64,000 bases of DNA from Lytechinus pictus. Taxonomy: Eukaryota. Shown here in pieces: positions 14,225 through 28,679 of this stretch. Positions within the stretch are counted from its first letter, which is position 1; the number at the start of each line of letters is the position of its first letter. A program made the translations under genes and the position numbers. Location of the stretch: positions 49,291,358-49,355,357 of the forward strand of contig NC_087251.1 in assembly GCF_037042905.1 (NCBI RefSeq). Reading direction: 5' to 3'. The notes beneath the pieces are model-generated. The model ran no database searches, had not been told where the DNA came from, and was given only the letters and a program-made list of their open reading frames with translations.

Positions 14225-14807
14225 AGGGATGGTACGGGCTGAATTTGTTTATCTTAATACATAGAGTAAAATTCACAGAGCAGAATGATGAAAATTTCAT
14301 CAAAATTGGATAACAAATAACAAAGTTATTGAATTTAAAAGTTTAAAATATTTTGTGAAAACAGTTATATGCACATTGTCATGAATATTCATTAGGTGGG
14401 CTGATGATGTCACATCCCCACTTTCTTTTTTCTTGTTATTACATGAAATCTTAAATGTTTCATTTTTCATACATGTGTAAACGATGTGTCTCCATTTTGA
14501 TGAAATAAGTTGCGGCAATTAATAACTAATGCACTTAATCAGTTGTCAATCCAATCGTTTTAGTTCTTGGTAGAAAATTTTTGAATAAACCTAATTTCAT
14601 ATAATAAAATACAAAAGAAAAAGTGGGGATATGACATCACCAGCCCACCTAATGAATATTCATGACGACATGCCTAGAACTGTTTCACCGGAATAATGCA
14701 AATCTTTAAAATTTAGTTACTTCGTCATTTGTTATCTGATTGTGCATTTTGCTCTGTGAATTTTACTCTATATTGAGATAGAAATATCTCCAGCCTGGAC
14801 CATCCCT
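14225..14807. mobile_element. TTAA-target foldback MITE (Kolobok/T2-like)
   Basis: TTAA on both sides; termini agggatggtacgggctg / cagcctggaccatccct; ~200-bp inverted arms, e.g. ttcattaggtgggctgatgatgtcacatccccac vs gtggggatatgacatcaccagcccacctaatgaa. Confidence 0.88.
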
Positions 14808-15256
14808 TTAACTCTGAGGAAAACTACTACAGGACTAATTCATTGGCAGTTAATAATATGAAAGCAAAATGCACTGATAAATGAAACATATAAACTTTAA
14901 GATTTGTGCTGCATTTGGCTTTCTATGGTTAAACAACTGATGAAAACAATAGTTTTAACATGATCCAATGAAACTAGTTTAAAATATAGGCCAATGAGTT
15001 GTGTTAGGCAGCAAATTATAATACCACAAGCGCCTTGGCCTTACTGAGGACAAACCACGGCTAGACCCCTGAGGGCTAGGTGATTAAAGGATGAAGGATT
15101 GGGGGGGGGGGGTGGTGAAAGGGTCCAAGTTAGTGGTAGGTATGCAGATCTCCAAGAAAAGTAAAGGCCTAATGATCTGGGATTCTTTGAGGGTTAGGTA
15201 AGAGAGGGAGTTTGAAGGGAAGGGGGACATGGAGGTGGGAGAAAGAAATTAGGATA

Positions 15257-15875
15257 CCGTGAAACCTGGTGGTAGTGGCCACCTGTCTATAGCAGTCACT
15301 TATCTATTGTGACCACTGAAACTGATTGCTAGAAGACAGAATGTGTGTGTGTGTGTGTGTGTGTATAAGACCCCTTTCTCATTACACTTTATAAAACTAG
15401 TTTACTGGAAACCGGTTCAGGAAACCAGTTTGGAAGATCACTTTGCTAGCGTTCCCACTTGATCACACGAAAGTGGTTTTCAAAATCACTTCACGTAAAG
15501 CGATCTTGTTGCTATGGGAATGCTCTCAGTGGGATGACACATTTCACATGAAATTCGAAACCGCAGCGTAGGCATTCTACACACAGTGTGTAGAGTAGCG
15601 CGCTCAAAATGTGCGAAGAAAGGTTGTGTCCTCACTTTCTCTAAAACCAGTTTAATAAGGCAAAGCGATCTTGAAAACTATATCGTGAGGTGGTTTTATG
15701 AACCGGTTTGGAAGATCGCTTCGACTGTTCTCATTTCACGCTGAAACTAGTTTTCACTAAACTAGTTTTAGGGAGGTAGTGAGAACAGTGTCTAAGAACC
15801 TGTATATTGCAGCCACCTGTCTAATGGCCAAATTTGATGTTTCCCTTGAGTGGTTACTACAGATAGGTTTCACTG
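15257..15875. mobile_element. Tc1/mariner(pogo)-like MITE hosting a nested insertion
   Basis: ta|ccgtgaaacct ... aggtttcactg|ta termini; the motif gccacctgtcta occurs on both sides of the insert. Confidence 0.7.
15369..15792. mobile_element. Harbinger-like MITE nested in the mariner-like MITE
   Basis: TIR gacccctttctcattac / gtagtgagaacagtgtc, subterminal aaactagttt palindromes, TSD TAA at 15366-15368 and 15793-15795. Confidence 0.8.
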
Positions 15876-18800
15876 TAGGCCTAGATTTATATGGAAAAGT
15901 GTTCAGAGTAAATACCAGATCAACTTTGGATGGAATGGTGGAGTTTTGGGTGATAAAAAGAATGTATTTAAAATCTGAAAATGTTTACCAGGCCCTCTTG
16001 TCACCAATAACTTGTTTCATGATGTTTCCTGTGTAGTTATGCTACAGTTACATGCATATACTATAGACTCTTGACAGAATAAATCTTACGTTATTGTAAT
16101 GACGTACTGTTGCTGTGTTGGTTGGTTCAGAGTCTGCTTCATCGTATGACTATTGCATTAGAAAGGAATTTCTTTGTAGTAAAAAATGACCTCAAGTAAA
16201 GATTGGTTGTAGCAGTAGGTCATATAAATTCTCTGAAGACCCTTCTATTTGTTGCACGTAGAATTATTCCCATCAGTCCTCTGGATTAACAAATCAAGAA
16301 TTTTACATCTGTCTTTTTGTAGATAAACTTAGGACCCCCTCCCCCACCCTCGGCAAACCAAGGTGAAAACAATGATAATAATTTGTGCCTGCACTTTATA
16401 GTGATCCTTATCAATTTAGAGGTATCCATACGTATTGGCACTGCCAGGAAATATCATTTGGAGCTGGTATTACTACAAATCTCCATGAACATAATAGGAA
16501 CCATGTGGAATCTTGTCAGGTTTTTACATCATAGCTATTGTGGTCGATGAGATGACTGCATAGGGAGTAGACCCCAAGCGGCCAGCCGAGGCTAGGCTAA
16601 GGGTAGGGCTGGCTTTAAAGTTTAGGGTGGTGTACGCCCCATTGCTGCACTGCTAGCATGAGAGAGAGAGAGCACAAAGTCGGGGTTTCATTCTAGAGAG
16701 GCCAAGCCGACTGGGTCGATGACCCCACAAGGTCACTATCCACCAATAGTATTTTGACCTTATTGTGTCGTTTCAAAATGAGGCTTATCCCTGGAAGGTT
16801 TTGTGGTGTTGTGTGGGCATTACTCCTCTTGTTTTCTCCATCTGTGTAGCAGCAGTGGCTCCACAATGGAGTCTCAATATTTATGTGTGTTTATATGATG
16901 TATTATTACAGCCATGCTGGTGTATATTTTTGTCTATGCATGCAGACTGATGGTATATAATATATACCTCTCCTGCAGGGCGTGTAATGATGAGAGATGA
17001 ATATACAGAAAAAGCTTTTTGTGAATTGGTTTGATTCCGTTTATCAGTAGAGTCTAAATATGTGTCATTTTGTAAACTATAATAATATGTTTTTGTACAT
17101 TACCATGAAGGCATATCCCTAGTGAATAAAAAGAGTAGTGGCACTTTCTGAAATATTCCCATGAATGCTATTATGTTTACGTTACAAGTTCAATTTACAA
17201 AATTGATATGATGATGTATCTCTGGATTAATGGTTTTATTTTTATGACATGTTTTCTATGTTTTTTTTTAATCCAGAGATTTCATTTGTGAAGGCGTACT
17301 GTTTGAGCTTGCTGCATGCCTCTTTATGTATTTTCTTCATTAAAGTAATCTTAAATTTATTCCAGAATATATTTTTTATATTTCTGTTTTAAATTTGAAA
17401 GGTTGGAGATTGCAGGAGTGTTGTTGATTATAATCCAACAACATCTGCATATTGTTGAAAGTGAATGCAACTGTGTTACTCATAGCTTCAAGGCTATTAT
17501 TCAATGTCAAAGTTATGAAAAAAGTCATGAATTTAAAGAGAAACCTTGCATTATTGACAAATTTAATAATATCGTCAATTAAGAGTAGGCCTATTTATCA
17601 TCATCATTTGAAACCAGTCAGACTTATTATGCCACAGATATTCAAGTGCAGAAAATATTAATTCATCAATTGGTGATTTTTTTTCAATTACTCCCTGCTT
17701 ATATTGAAAATGAAAGAATAAAGGTGAAAATATGACTATTTTAGTCTTTGTCTGTTTTCATACTCATGTTTGCAATATTAATACACATGCTGAAAATTAT
17801 AGGAGTTTAATCATTAGTGATATTGAATTTTTTTATCCAACCATTACTTTGATGTTCATTTTTTTTTAACGAGTATTGCAGTGAAAATGCCATAGATGCA
17901 AGCATTTTTACTCTAATGAGCATGCTTAGAATGTGATTAAATGACAGCTGATTAGCGCTCAAGGATAGTTAAACCACTGCTGTGCTCACGAGCCCGAACC
18001 GTTTGTGGCGGTGCGTGTGGCCCATATCTGCCGAGCTGCATTGTCCTACGTGGTTCGTGCGTGTGAAATTTCTCCCGATCCACAACAATGCAAGTGCAAT
18101 TTCATGGGGAGGACGACTGACTGCTTTTCATTGCGATCGGTGTAGCGATTAATTTGCTTATCATAAAGCTATTCGCTTGGTGTTATGTGTTGCGAGTAAT
18201 CTGGTGGATGTTTCCAATTTGCTAATGAATTGTGGAATTTGATTTCTTCTCTTTGAGCTGCAAAGTTATAGCTGATGAATTCTCTGGGTGTCTTTTTAAA
18301 ATGTTTTTAAATTTCAATTATTAATTATGAAAATCAAATCTGATAGAAATCATGCTGTTTGTTTCAGAATAATGTTTCAAAGATTCAGTAGAGTTTAGGT
18401 CTTCAAATTTCTTGAAAGATCTAGCTGCGCCCATGTAACCATCAGGACCAAATATCTAGAAGTTGTTGAAAAATGAATATCCCTTGAGATATTTCATATA
18501 TCACCCTGGTAACAATATCATGGTAAAAAATGAAGTTAAGTTTGCCTACACGAATATTAGCAAAGATGTCCAAATGTCATGAAATGGCAAATTTTCTTAT
18601 CTGTTTCCGTCAGTTTATGTTTTATTGGTATGTGATTGTATAATCTTGAAAGCATGAAATTCTGCAAGTGGTGGCTGTATTATTCAATCATTTTGTTTGC
18701 AGTAATCTGTAGTACTAGTAAATTCATGACAACTACAGAGGGACTCCAAGATGAAATATGATTGCATTTTAAGCATAATTTGGATTGCTTATTTGACTTG

Positions 18801-21800
18801 TGGGGAAAGTGCAGTTGAGCAGAAGGATATCTTGACTCATCTTCTCTTAGGAGATTCAACTAGGGACGAAAAAAAAAAATATGTAGGCCAAGAAAATAAA
18901 TCTTTGGATCCGTTGGGAATGACGTTTTTGAGATATTTGGGTCTTTTGTGAAGCTGCACATTTATGACTTCATATTGTTCTTGTATGGAGAGTGAAGCAG
19001 CCGGATTAGAGTGTATAATGTTAATGATCCCTGTGCGTAGAAGAGAGAGAGAGAGAAATAACGAGAGGGAATGAAAGAGAGAGAATGAATTTTACTGTTG
19101 GTGGGCCCTGTGCATAAAGAGTTGCAATTAATTATGTATATTGTAAAGCTTATGAAGTGTGCAGCAATCGGTGGGATAAACTCGTGGGGGTCATTTAGCC
19201 AGGGGTCTTTCAGGCAAGCTATAGCTCCCTCAGAGCCAGGGATGAATAACAAGAAGATGTTTAGTGATATCTAGGATGAAGGTTGGATGATTTAAAGAAA
19301 GATTGGGGAAAAAGGACAAAATGAAAGAGTGTATAAAAATTCACTCGAAAACTTTTTTTGTTATTTTCATTCACCTATTTATATATTTGTTCATTATTTT
19401 ATTTATTTTATTATTATCATTATCATTATTATTATTATTGTTCTATTTTGTGGGGGTTGGGAATGGTTTGAATGCAAAAGGCCCTACCCCTTTTTATAAA
19501 AGGCAACTTTTTTTCTTTAAATTATAATGAAGGGAATGAAGGAGTTGGAGGGGAAAGAAATGGAGGATAGAAATGAGATGAGAGTTGGAATGATGCCATA
19601 GGTGAAAGGAAAGGAGTCCAGGGGAACACAAAGCTTAGTGATCGATCCTTGGGCTGAATTTTGCAATTGATCATACATAGTAAACCATGCAATCAATCGT
19701 AACAATCAGCCCCATGAACAATTACTGAGCTTCATGTCACAGGGCCTTGGTATGTTGATGAGAACGTTTTGCTCGTTAGCCATGTCTGGCTGCATGTACA
19801 ATAAACCCTCACCTATATAGCCATAGAACTCACCATGATCTCCATTCACTTTTTGGCTTCATCAGTTTCTCAGTACCTTCACACGAACACAAGATTTACC
19901 AAGCCTCATCCTGCATTCAACCATCTCTCTTCCTTCTCTCTTTCTCTTCTTCTTTCTCTCTATCTCTTTAATTCTCTCACCCATCTCTTACCCACTCTAG
20001 GCTGTAAAAACATTTGTTACCTTCTTCTTCCCCTTGTTTTCCGCAGATTGACTTTCTCGCAATTAAGTTAGCGCGTTGACTGGCGGGAAGGTCGGAAAAC
20101 GCAAGGAAAAAGGCATTGGGGGTGGCTATAGGCACAGGGGCTCTCTTTCTCACTCTATCTCTCCCTTTAGATTCACGTGTACGTAACTCTTGCATTTAGG
20201 CGCTTGTCCTTTTCCTCTGCCATATTTCCTGACAAATTGGGAGGGAAAGGGAATCCGTAATTTCATAGAGACCGAGCGCTGTGGCTGCTACAGCATCATC
20301 AGCCGCCTGTAAATTGCATTAAAATTCACTTAGCTTGAATTTTGTGGACTCAGTCAGTGTACTAATGGCAGGGATTTTTGATTGATTGCCTAGGTGAAAA
20401 GAGGATATGATCCCTTTCTTGTGTTTGTATCAAAATTTTACTTTCATCGTTTATATAAATCCATTTTTTACAGCCAGGAGGAGGGTGATTCAATACTCTA
20501 AGCATAAAGTAACACCAAAAATAGATGGATTTGATTTTAACCCCTCTGTCTCCCCCCTTTTCATGTCCTTGCAGCCTGTTTTGAAACCTGCTCCCATCCC
20601 CCTGCCCCCGTCCCCCCTGCACACATTCCTTTCAAACCCTTACACTTTCCTTTCCCCCTTTTCAATTCACCCCTTTCCCCTCCATCCTCACCCCATCATT
20701 TTCAACACATGACCAAGCTTCATTCATTCAGGTCTTATAGATAAGCAATCTTCTCTTATATTATAAACCCACTCACTCTTCACAGTTCTAGTCATTATTG
20801 TTTGCAATTGTAGATCATTTGAATTGTGAGAAACAGGATGAACATTCCACATATCATGTTTATTACACCTCTGAGGAAATTGTAAATAATTACTCTTGAA
20901 TGATAAGTCTTGGACACCAGCATTGCCTGTTCAGTTCAGTTCATTTACTTTATTAATCTTTCTTTCTTTCAAAGTTCAGATAATGTTTCATAAAGCTTTT
21001 GAATGAATAGGACTGAATAAAGGTCTCCAGTATGGCTAGCCCATTGTGATTCTCCTTGATATTTAAACAAAAAATGAGCAGAAATTTCGATTTTTGTCAA
21101 ATTGTCAGGAAAAATGCGCAAATGACTAGTACTTGTTCAAGTTGTTTGAAAGTTAATTACAAATTGGCATGAATTCTCTCCCTCTTTGCACTCATTATGA
21201 ATATTATCAATTGTAAACTCCAAACAATTCAGAGTCTTAGTGATAATAAAAAATACATTTCAGATTATATTCGATGTTCTTCATTTTATTTGAGACTTTG
21301 GTATTAATATATATGGGCCGCTTCTCAGATGAAAAGTAGGGCTTATGTCTTTAGATGTTCACACAAATTCTATGACGCTCTTGAATTTCTTTCTTGATTT
21401 TTTTTCATCAAATCTGTATATGATTGTTATATCACTGTATATGGTGTACTTTCTCAAGTTAGTTTTTGAGAAGATGTGTAGTGTGTCTGTTTCCTTATTG
21501 GAGCTTAGAGGAACAGTGTTTTTCTGCTTAATATTATACTGCTGCGGTTTTTTCACTCTTCCCCTTTTTCATGCTCATATATACCCAGACTTTGTGCATA
21601 AGCACGCAACATGCAAATCCTACTATGCACAGATAGACAGGGACATGATTCTTTTCTTTTTTAATGAAATTTATGCAGAATGTAACATGGATATAAGAAT
21701 CTATGAGAACATTCTATGCAGGAATTAAGTCTTGAGATTTGAGGGTTATCAAATTGTTAGTAACACCCCTGAAGCGCTAAACTGGGTCCGAGCATCAACT

Positions 21801-24295
21801 TAATTGGATTTTGTACAGTAATGGCTGTGGATGTATGCTATAGCATGGGTAATACTACGTGCAATTGAAGACAAAAATGCAGATATTTACATGATATCAA
21901 TTCAGTTTAAAAATGGTATTTATTGACTTGAAATGTATACTCCTATTCACAAGAGAACCTGTATAATTTATATTTTGTTATGAGCACTATATCATTACTT
22001 GCAGCTTAAAGTTTGCAATTTGTTCAATGTAAAGGGCTATTAAAAAGACAGATGATGGTGAAGGAAGAGTTTTGCTCCAATTGGTAGGCCTGACTTCTGT
22101 CTTGTTCATCTAATTTGAGGAAAATAATGAGAGCATAGTTATTCTAAAAGAAAAAAAATGTGGCCAACTACTTTTTTTAAATTCATGTACAATATTGAAT
22201 AGAGAGAATTGTATTACTAAGCATTTTCAAAACCATGATATTTAAAATAATAATCATGCCATAGGCCTGCTCATTATTTTGTTGTATCAAGAAATATTTA
22301 TGTTAAATATAGTACTATATTAAAAAAAAACACAATTCATGAATGGTTCAAAAATTAAAGAAATGGGGTGGAAAATTAAAGTGTCTGCCTAATTTTAAGT
22401 CCTGAAAAGATGCATGTTATTTGTTTTATGAAGAAATATTTGTTAAGGGAGTAAAAGGTTTTCATATTTTTATTTCAAATGATAGACCTGTGTATAAAAA
22501 GCCCAGGATTAATTCAGCCATGCAAGTATTTTGTAAGTGCTTACTTGGACAGTTCAAACTAAAAAATATTGAAGAAATGGGTTGGAATGCACGTGATCGA
22601 AAGATGAAAGTGTCCACAAAACTGACAAAATCTAACACCACAAAAATCTTGAAGCAAAATGAGAGTGGTGCATGCTTGAATGAGCTGTCAGTGGGAGGAA
22701 ATGCAGTGAGGAAATCACAAGTTAAATCCTGGAAAGCCAAAAGTCGTTATGACCTCAATTCTTCTCTTCGTCAAAGTGAAACGGTGAGGAGTAAAAGGCG
22801 TGAAAAAATCCCGCTGATGAAGAGTGGCAGTTCTGCCATAGATCTGCAATCTGAAATGTAATTTCCGTCTTATTTCTGGTCTTCTTTCCGTTTTATGGAT
22901 CTTATGTAGCTGTTTGTGTTGCATCTTGATTTAGAAATCCTCTTTTGTGAGAGCAATATTTTAATTTGATATATTGAGTCATTGACTCTACGTGATATGC
23001 TTATATCTGGGGCGATGTTGCCTTTCTTTCTTCTCAAACTATTGGATGATCCGAAGTTAGTGATTTCTTACAAGAATAGATTACAATTTAGCTTACAAGC
23101 AGATGTAATGATTGCAAAATCTACTAAATCAAATTTACCATCAAATATAGTTCTGTTTGATTGATATTTCAAAAATAAGTAGTAGTATATATTTTAGGGT
23201 AAATTCATATTTTATTAATAGGTCTTTGCCTCTTGTCAGGTAAGTGCACCTTCATTCTCTTAGCATTAACCAGTACAGCCTTGCGTTGATTTTAAAGTAA
23301 TTTGCTATATTTTAAAATTGTTAAACTATTTATTTATCAAATTTCCTTTAACATGGACACCTTGCTGCACACTGAAATTTACTGTTTCTTTTGATATTAT
23401 TTTAACTCGAAGTAATATTAATTATGTTCTTATCTACACAAGAGATTTACTACATTTATATTTCCATCACTTGACCCTTGCTTCAACTACACCACTCATT
23501 TTCTGCTTTTGTTCATTGTTGTTCATTTAGCCCTATTTGTTTGTTTCTGTATTTTGATTTCAAACATAATTGTAGAAAATCAATTTATTGTCATTTCTAT
23601 CAATTGCATTTGGCATTTTATCAATGTTAATTCAATTTATGTTTAATCTCTCACCATTGTATAATTGTATACTATTTCTGTTGATTTTTTGCTTGTAATT
23701 GAACATTTTCAGCCTGTGAGCTGCCTGTTTGATTTTTTTTTTTCAATAAACCAATTTAATTCAATTCAACAAATCAAAGTACTTCCTTTGATCTCGTTTA
23801 TCTGAAAATGAACACAATCCACAATTTCCACAATTTGTAACTATACCTATTCTACATAAAGCAAATATGAAAGATGTGTTCCCTTGTAAAAACAAAATAT
23901 AAGAAAGTAAAAATAAAAAGAAAGAAAAAGAGTCCAAGAAAGAATGAATCAGACCGTGCGTGACAGAAGAGAACCTATTCAAGGTTAGAGATAGAAAGAA
24001 TAGCCAAAAATAAGTGATCATGTGGTGCCAGCCACATAGTCATCATAAACGTCAAGAACGATGCAAACATGGCTGATCATGGATAGACCCCCCCCCCTGT
24101 TTTTCGTGCAATTTGAACGTGTTTAGAGGTCTATTGTTTTACATGCAAAATGACATATTTTCATTTTTTTTGTTTAGGCCTATAGAGATTCCATATTTAT
24201 GGTTTAGTCAACTTTGGTTACAAACACTTTATAAGTTATCTAAATAAAGGAAAATGCACCTTTGAAGGAAAGTACTCTATCCTTGATGAATTCTT

Positions 24296-24390
24296 CAAAG
24301 CTGTGAGCAGCAGAATCATAAACTAGTTTAGGCAGGGTAATATAAGAGAGCCTTGAGCGCCGAGCAAGGTGGATGTGTGCACTAAACAAT
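24296..24390 (+). mobile_element. 3' fragment of the tRNA-SINE family seen at 35241
   Basis: aaagctgtgagcagcagaat...gggtaatataagagagccttgagcgccgagcaaggtggatgtgtgcacta aligns by eye with the reverse complement of about 35262-35356. Confidence 0.7.
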
Positions 24391-27300
24391 AGAATTTGAT
24401 ATCCATTCATTAATTGCAATCTTTCAAATTAAGGATATTCATTGAATAATCTGCTATCAATTGGTGAATTATGAAAGAAATAGGCCTTCAAATATATATA
24501 TTTTTGAACTAGGAGAGTCGTCACTGTATTTTAAATTAAGTGAATCTGTTTTCCTTTTGTTGCTGCAAACCCATTGACTAATAGATAGCAATGGATTGGT
24601 ATTTAAAATGAATGACCCACTGGATAAGGCAATATTGAGAATTGTCTTGGATCACAACTGTACTATCCTTGAGACTGTCAAAGTCAACACAGTAACATTG
24701 GTATTCTTGACAAAGTGCAGAAATGCATTAGAAGTCAAAATTATACTCATGTCATTCTGACTAATACTTCTTACATAATAATAACTGAAATACAGCCCTG
24801 TGTGGAGCAACGTGAAGTTATAAAGAAGAAAACAAATAGCGTGGGGAAAGGGGAAATTTAATAGCAGTCATTTCTTATCTCTCTTTCCTGTTTCTTAGCC
24901 CCTTGAATAGGCAGTAATTACTTAATCCCTTTGAGCTAGTTTCTGAGTTGTGGTCATCATATAGGGTACACGTGCCAGAGTACTTTTGGAGTTGCATCTC
25001 CACCTTTGCAGATCTTCTGGAACTTTACTTTAGTGAACAATGTCAGTTCCTTGGTTTGGACTGACTCTTGAATTAGGAGATAATTTTTTATTTTGCTTGA
25101 TTTTCTTAGTCTAATAGAGTTATGAAATATTATGTTTTAAATGAGATTGTTGTACCTACGCCTAGTTGTAATTGTTTTAGATTATTTCCTAATTTGTAAA
25201 ATTAAGGATGGGGTTTATATATAGGAAAGTACATGGTGGATTGATCATTACATGGTCTATTGATATTTGAGAATGATGTCATTGATCAGAAAAAAAATAT
25301 AGCCATAGTTAGTATGTTAGTATACAACAGCCAGAAAAAAGATGTCTACATCTAACTTAGATCAATGGAGTGATTTAAGAGAATGATTGAAAAGACTTAC
25401 AAATCCAACGGTTGTAATTCAAAACCAACAAATGGATCCGGATGAGGTTTTTCTGACATTGTTATTAAAATTCAACATTATAGCTAATGAAATTGTGTTC
25501 TTTTATTTATTCAAGTAAAAACTATGGACAAGTTGTTGTTTTTAGAAGGGAAGCAGTAATTGAAATTTTTCATTTTGAACAATTTCAATATATTTTGTGT
25601 GTGGGATATAGGCTAAAATAATTATTGTAATCCTTATCCTATTTGTAGGCCTGGTTAAATCAATTGGGAAAAGTTTTCATGAAAATATGGGTACAACTCT
25701 CTTCGTGCCCTCTTCTGATATCAATCATTTCCAAAACAAGTACAAGTGCGTATGACCTGGTATATGAATATTTCTACTAGAATTAAACAGTTGACTTCCT
25801 TTCTATTAGAGTGCAAATATCAGGGGTGTCTTAAATTTTGAAAAGTCCATTAAATCAAGTCCATCAGTTTAGGTTCATGCACTGTGTTTATCTGACTTCG
25901 GCACGAATTGACCCCCTCCCCCGCCCACCTCTGCCCCCTTTTTCACCCCTGCTTACCCCTCCCAAACCTAAAAGTGGAACGACAAGACAAGAACCACGTA
26001 CATAATAGTTCTATGTGTATTCCTGTTGCAGTCATTATTTCTCTCAGCAGAGCGGAGGAAATGTCAAATAGGAAAGAATGTGTCATCTAATCTCCTGGCC
26101 TTGACCAAAATTGGCCCAGGGGCTATGATGTGCGTTGCTCTCTGCCTCCGAAAAAAAAAGAGAAAGAAAGACCCCTTGTCTTAGCCCCAACATTTCTTAT
26201 AGTTTCCCCTCATTTACCTTTTTTCCTCCCCCCCCCTCCCCCAATTTATCACCCCATCCTCAGATTTATCATAGGTTGTTTATGAATGGAGGAACTTGTA
26301 ACTGACATTGTGGGGTTGGACGTCCTTTCCGCAGAGCCACAATTTCACTGCAGGTGTAAGAATGACTGTTAATGCCCTCAGTGCCAGGTATTGGCCACTG
26401 TAGTGGAAGAATAGCCTATCCATCTAGTTTTCAATGCATCTATACTATTTTAAAAATGAGATAAGGTTTTCTCCTACGCGTTTGCTTCCTTCATAACGAA
26501 GTATAGGTATTGCTGTCACATCTCATCTTCCCATCCTCTTATCTATCATCTTACAATAAACTGTCTTATTTTATTTTGTGCTATTTATATATCCCCTCCT
26601 GTTCTGTTCTTTGTTGTGTGTATGCATCATAAGAATTTACCAATTCATGAATTTGCAATAGTTTTCTCAAGAGGCTCTCTGCTCTCTCTATCACTGTCTT
26701 TCTTTCTATCTCTCTCAATCACTGTCTTTCTTTCTATCGATCTCTCTCTTTGTCTGTCTGTTTCTCTCTGTCTCTCTCTTCTCTTCCATCCACCTTTACC
26801 CCCATTCTCACTCTGCTCCCGTCTCCCTTTGCTGGTGTTAGACTCTGTGATTGATAGGCCCTTGTCTTTGTCTAATGACTCTGTGGCATCTAATGGAGTA
26901 TTACTGCAGCCACTTCTCCTGCAGTGTTCTCATTGATGCGGTATCTCCCACTCCATATTACGCAGTCCATCTTATGGACGCTTGGTGCATGCATGCGAGA
27001 GTACTACGTAGCCATTAGCGCAGGAACTCAAAATTGACTCTACGAGAAAGCAGGGATAAATGCCCTTTGAATCATTAACCGATTGTTTTGCCATCTATAG
27101 GTCTGAAGAGTTGAACTTAAAAGAAGAAAATGGTGATGGTGAGATCTCAGATCCGAGAATAGAATTTTTGTGAATTGTTACATTTGAAATGGTTCCAAGT
27201 TTTAGGTTTCTCTAGATGTCTGAAGATTCATTGAAAATTCATCACCCCCCCCCAAAAAAAAATGAAGACCTACCCATTGGTTAACCTGATCACAAAGACA

Positions 27301-28495
27301 CTGGACTTGAAGTAGACTAAATACTGTTACTGCCTGATATATTGTGATGTATATTGTATCTATGGTGGCCAGGGATGGTATTGCAAAGCACTGTAGTTCG
27401 TATCTCATCAAGAATTCCTAGTATTATTGTTATTAAAATCGTTTTTATTAACACTGTAATAGCTTTTCCCCTCTCCATCCATACCCCTCTGACTCTGTCA
27501 AACTATCTGATGGTTGTACACCACATCGCTTTTTGAGACGTCAGAGAGCATGTTAGTGGGAACATGCCTAAAACTCTGTACAGAATCTCTCCTCCCTCCC
27601 CACTTTCCCTGCATACATTAGCCATTCAGCATACTCATTACCGCAAATTCTACACATCTCACTGCCTAATTTACTTAAATTTTTTATGAGTTCTACGCTG
27701 TTTACTAGGCTCATCACGTTAGTCACGCAAAGAACAAGTGAATAATTTACCAGACAATTTGCACACTCTTTGACACACATTTTCTTAGCGCTTCATTCCA
27801 GATTTTGCTTTCATAACCCAACAATAGTATTGAGGTTGCATATCAGCTAATTATGGTTGGGAGAGTTATTGAAAGTGGGCAGATTATTCAACTTTATGAT
27901 GTAAATGCATCAAAAGTGTGACCTTAATATAAATTGGTTAGGAACTTAACAAAAGAAAGGGACAAGAAAATGAAACCAGCAGAAAAATTTTGAATAAGTT
28001 TCTTTTACATTCTTTGCTAAAATTAAAGTTGGGGATGAAATTAGTTAATTTCATACCTTCACTCATTATAATGAAATTATTGATAACAATATCTATACTA
28101 TACCACTTATACCATGGATTTGACTAGAACTAAGATCCACTGTATAAGAAGCGAAAGTCTTATACATGTAGCATATATATGAAAGAAATCATGGGCATAG
28201 ATATGCGACATCATGCTATTCAAGTTGAGGAGGGGGGTGGAGTAATAGATCTTCCCCCTGAACAATAGTTGTGATGCAAGGATTTATGCCAGTGAAAGAA
28301 ACTCATGATACATTTAAAAAGCGGACTAAAAACTTTTTCAGTCTTATTGACTATTTCCATATGATGTTTCTAGATTTGTACTTATACAGACTCCCTGTTT
28401 GTGTATTCTGTCTAAAGTCAATGCTCTTTATATCTTATGAAAAGGCAGTTTGTGAATAGATCATTATTTCTGTTTTTTCCTTCATCTCATTACAG

Positions 28496-28679
28496 TCATC
28501 ACAATCTGGTAGCCAGAATCCCGCCCACACCCCTCTGGTAGGCGGTGGGGGAGGTGGCCCCAATTCAGTTGGCTATGGACCGCCCGATGATCTTCAGTCC
28601 AATCCCGGCTCAGATCCGCCCCCTCTCACGAATGTGATGTCCTCAATACATGGTGGAGGAGATAATGGAAGTGAAACAG
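28496..28679 (+). CDS. Meis: Meis/homothorax internal coding exon (equivalent to vertebrate MEIS exon 7; linker before the homeodomain)
   Basis: Acceptor tgttttttccttcatctcattacag| and donor acag|gtaagg. 184 nt, phase 0 in and phase 1 out. Translates SSQSGSQNPAHTPLVGGGGGGPNSVGYGPPDDLQSNPGSDPPPLTNVMSSIHGGGDNGSET; the end resembles MEIS1 HSGDNSSEQ and joins in frame to the exon at 60630. Not in the ORF track. Confidence 0.9.

Larger units (their letters stand above)
1..28495 (+). other. Meis: 3' part of the large Meis intron upstream of the exon-7 equivalent (>28 kb)
   Basis: No MEINOX/HM-domain exon recognisable in this interval; ends at the acceptor tacag 28491-28495. Confidence 0.7.

Noticed and set aside
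22421..22861. 146-aa ORF
   Set aside because: Non-ATG start, no recognisable domain, no clear splice context.
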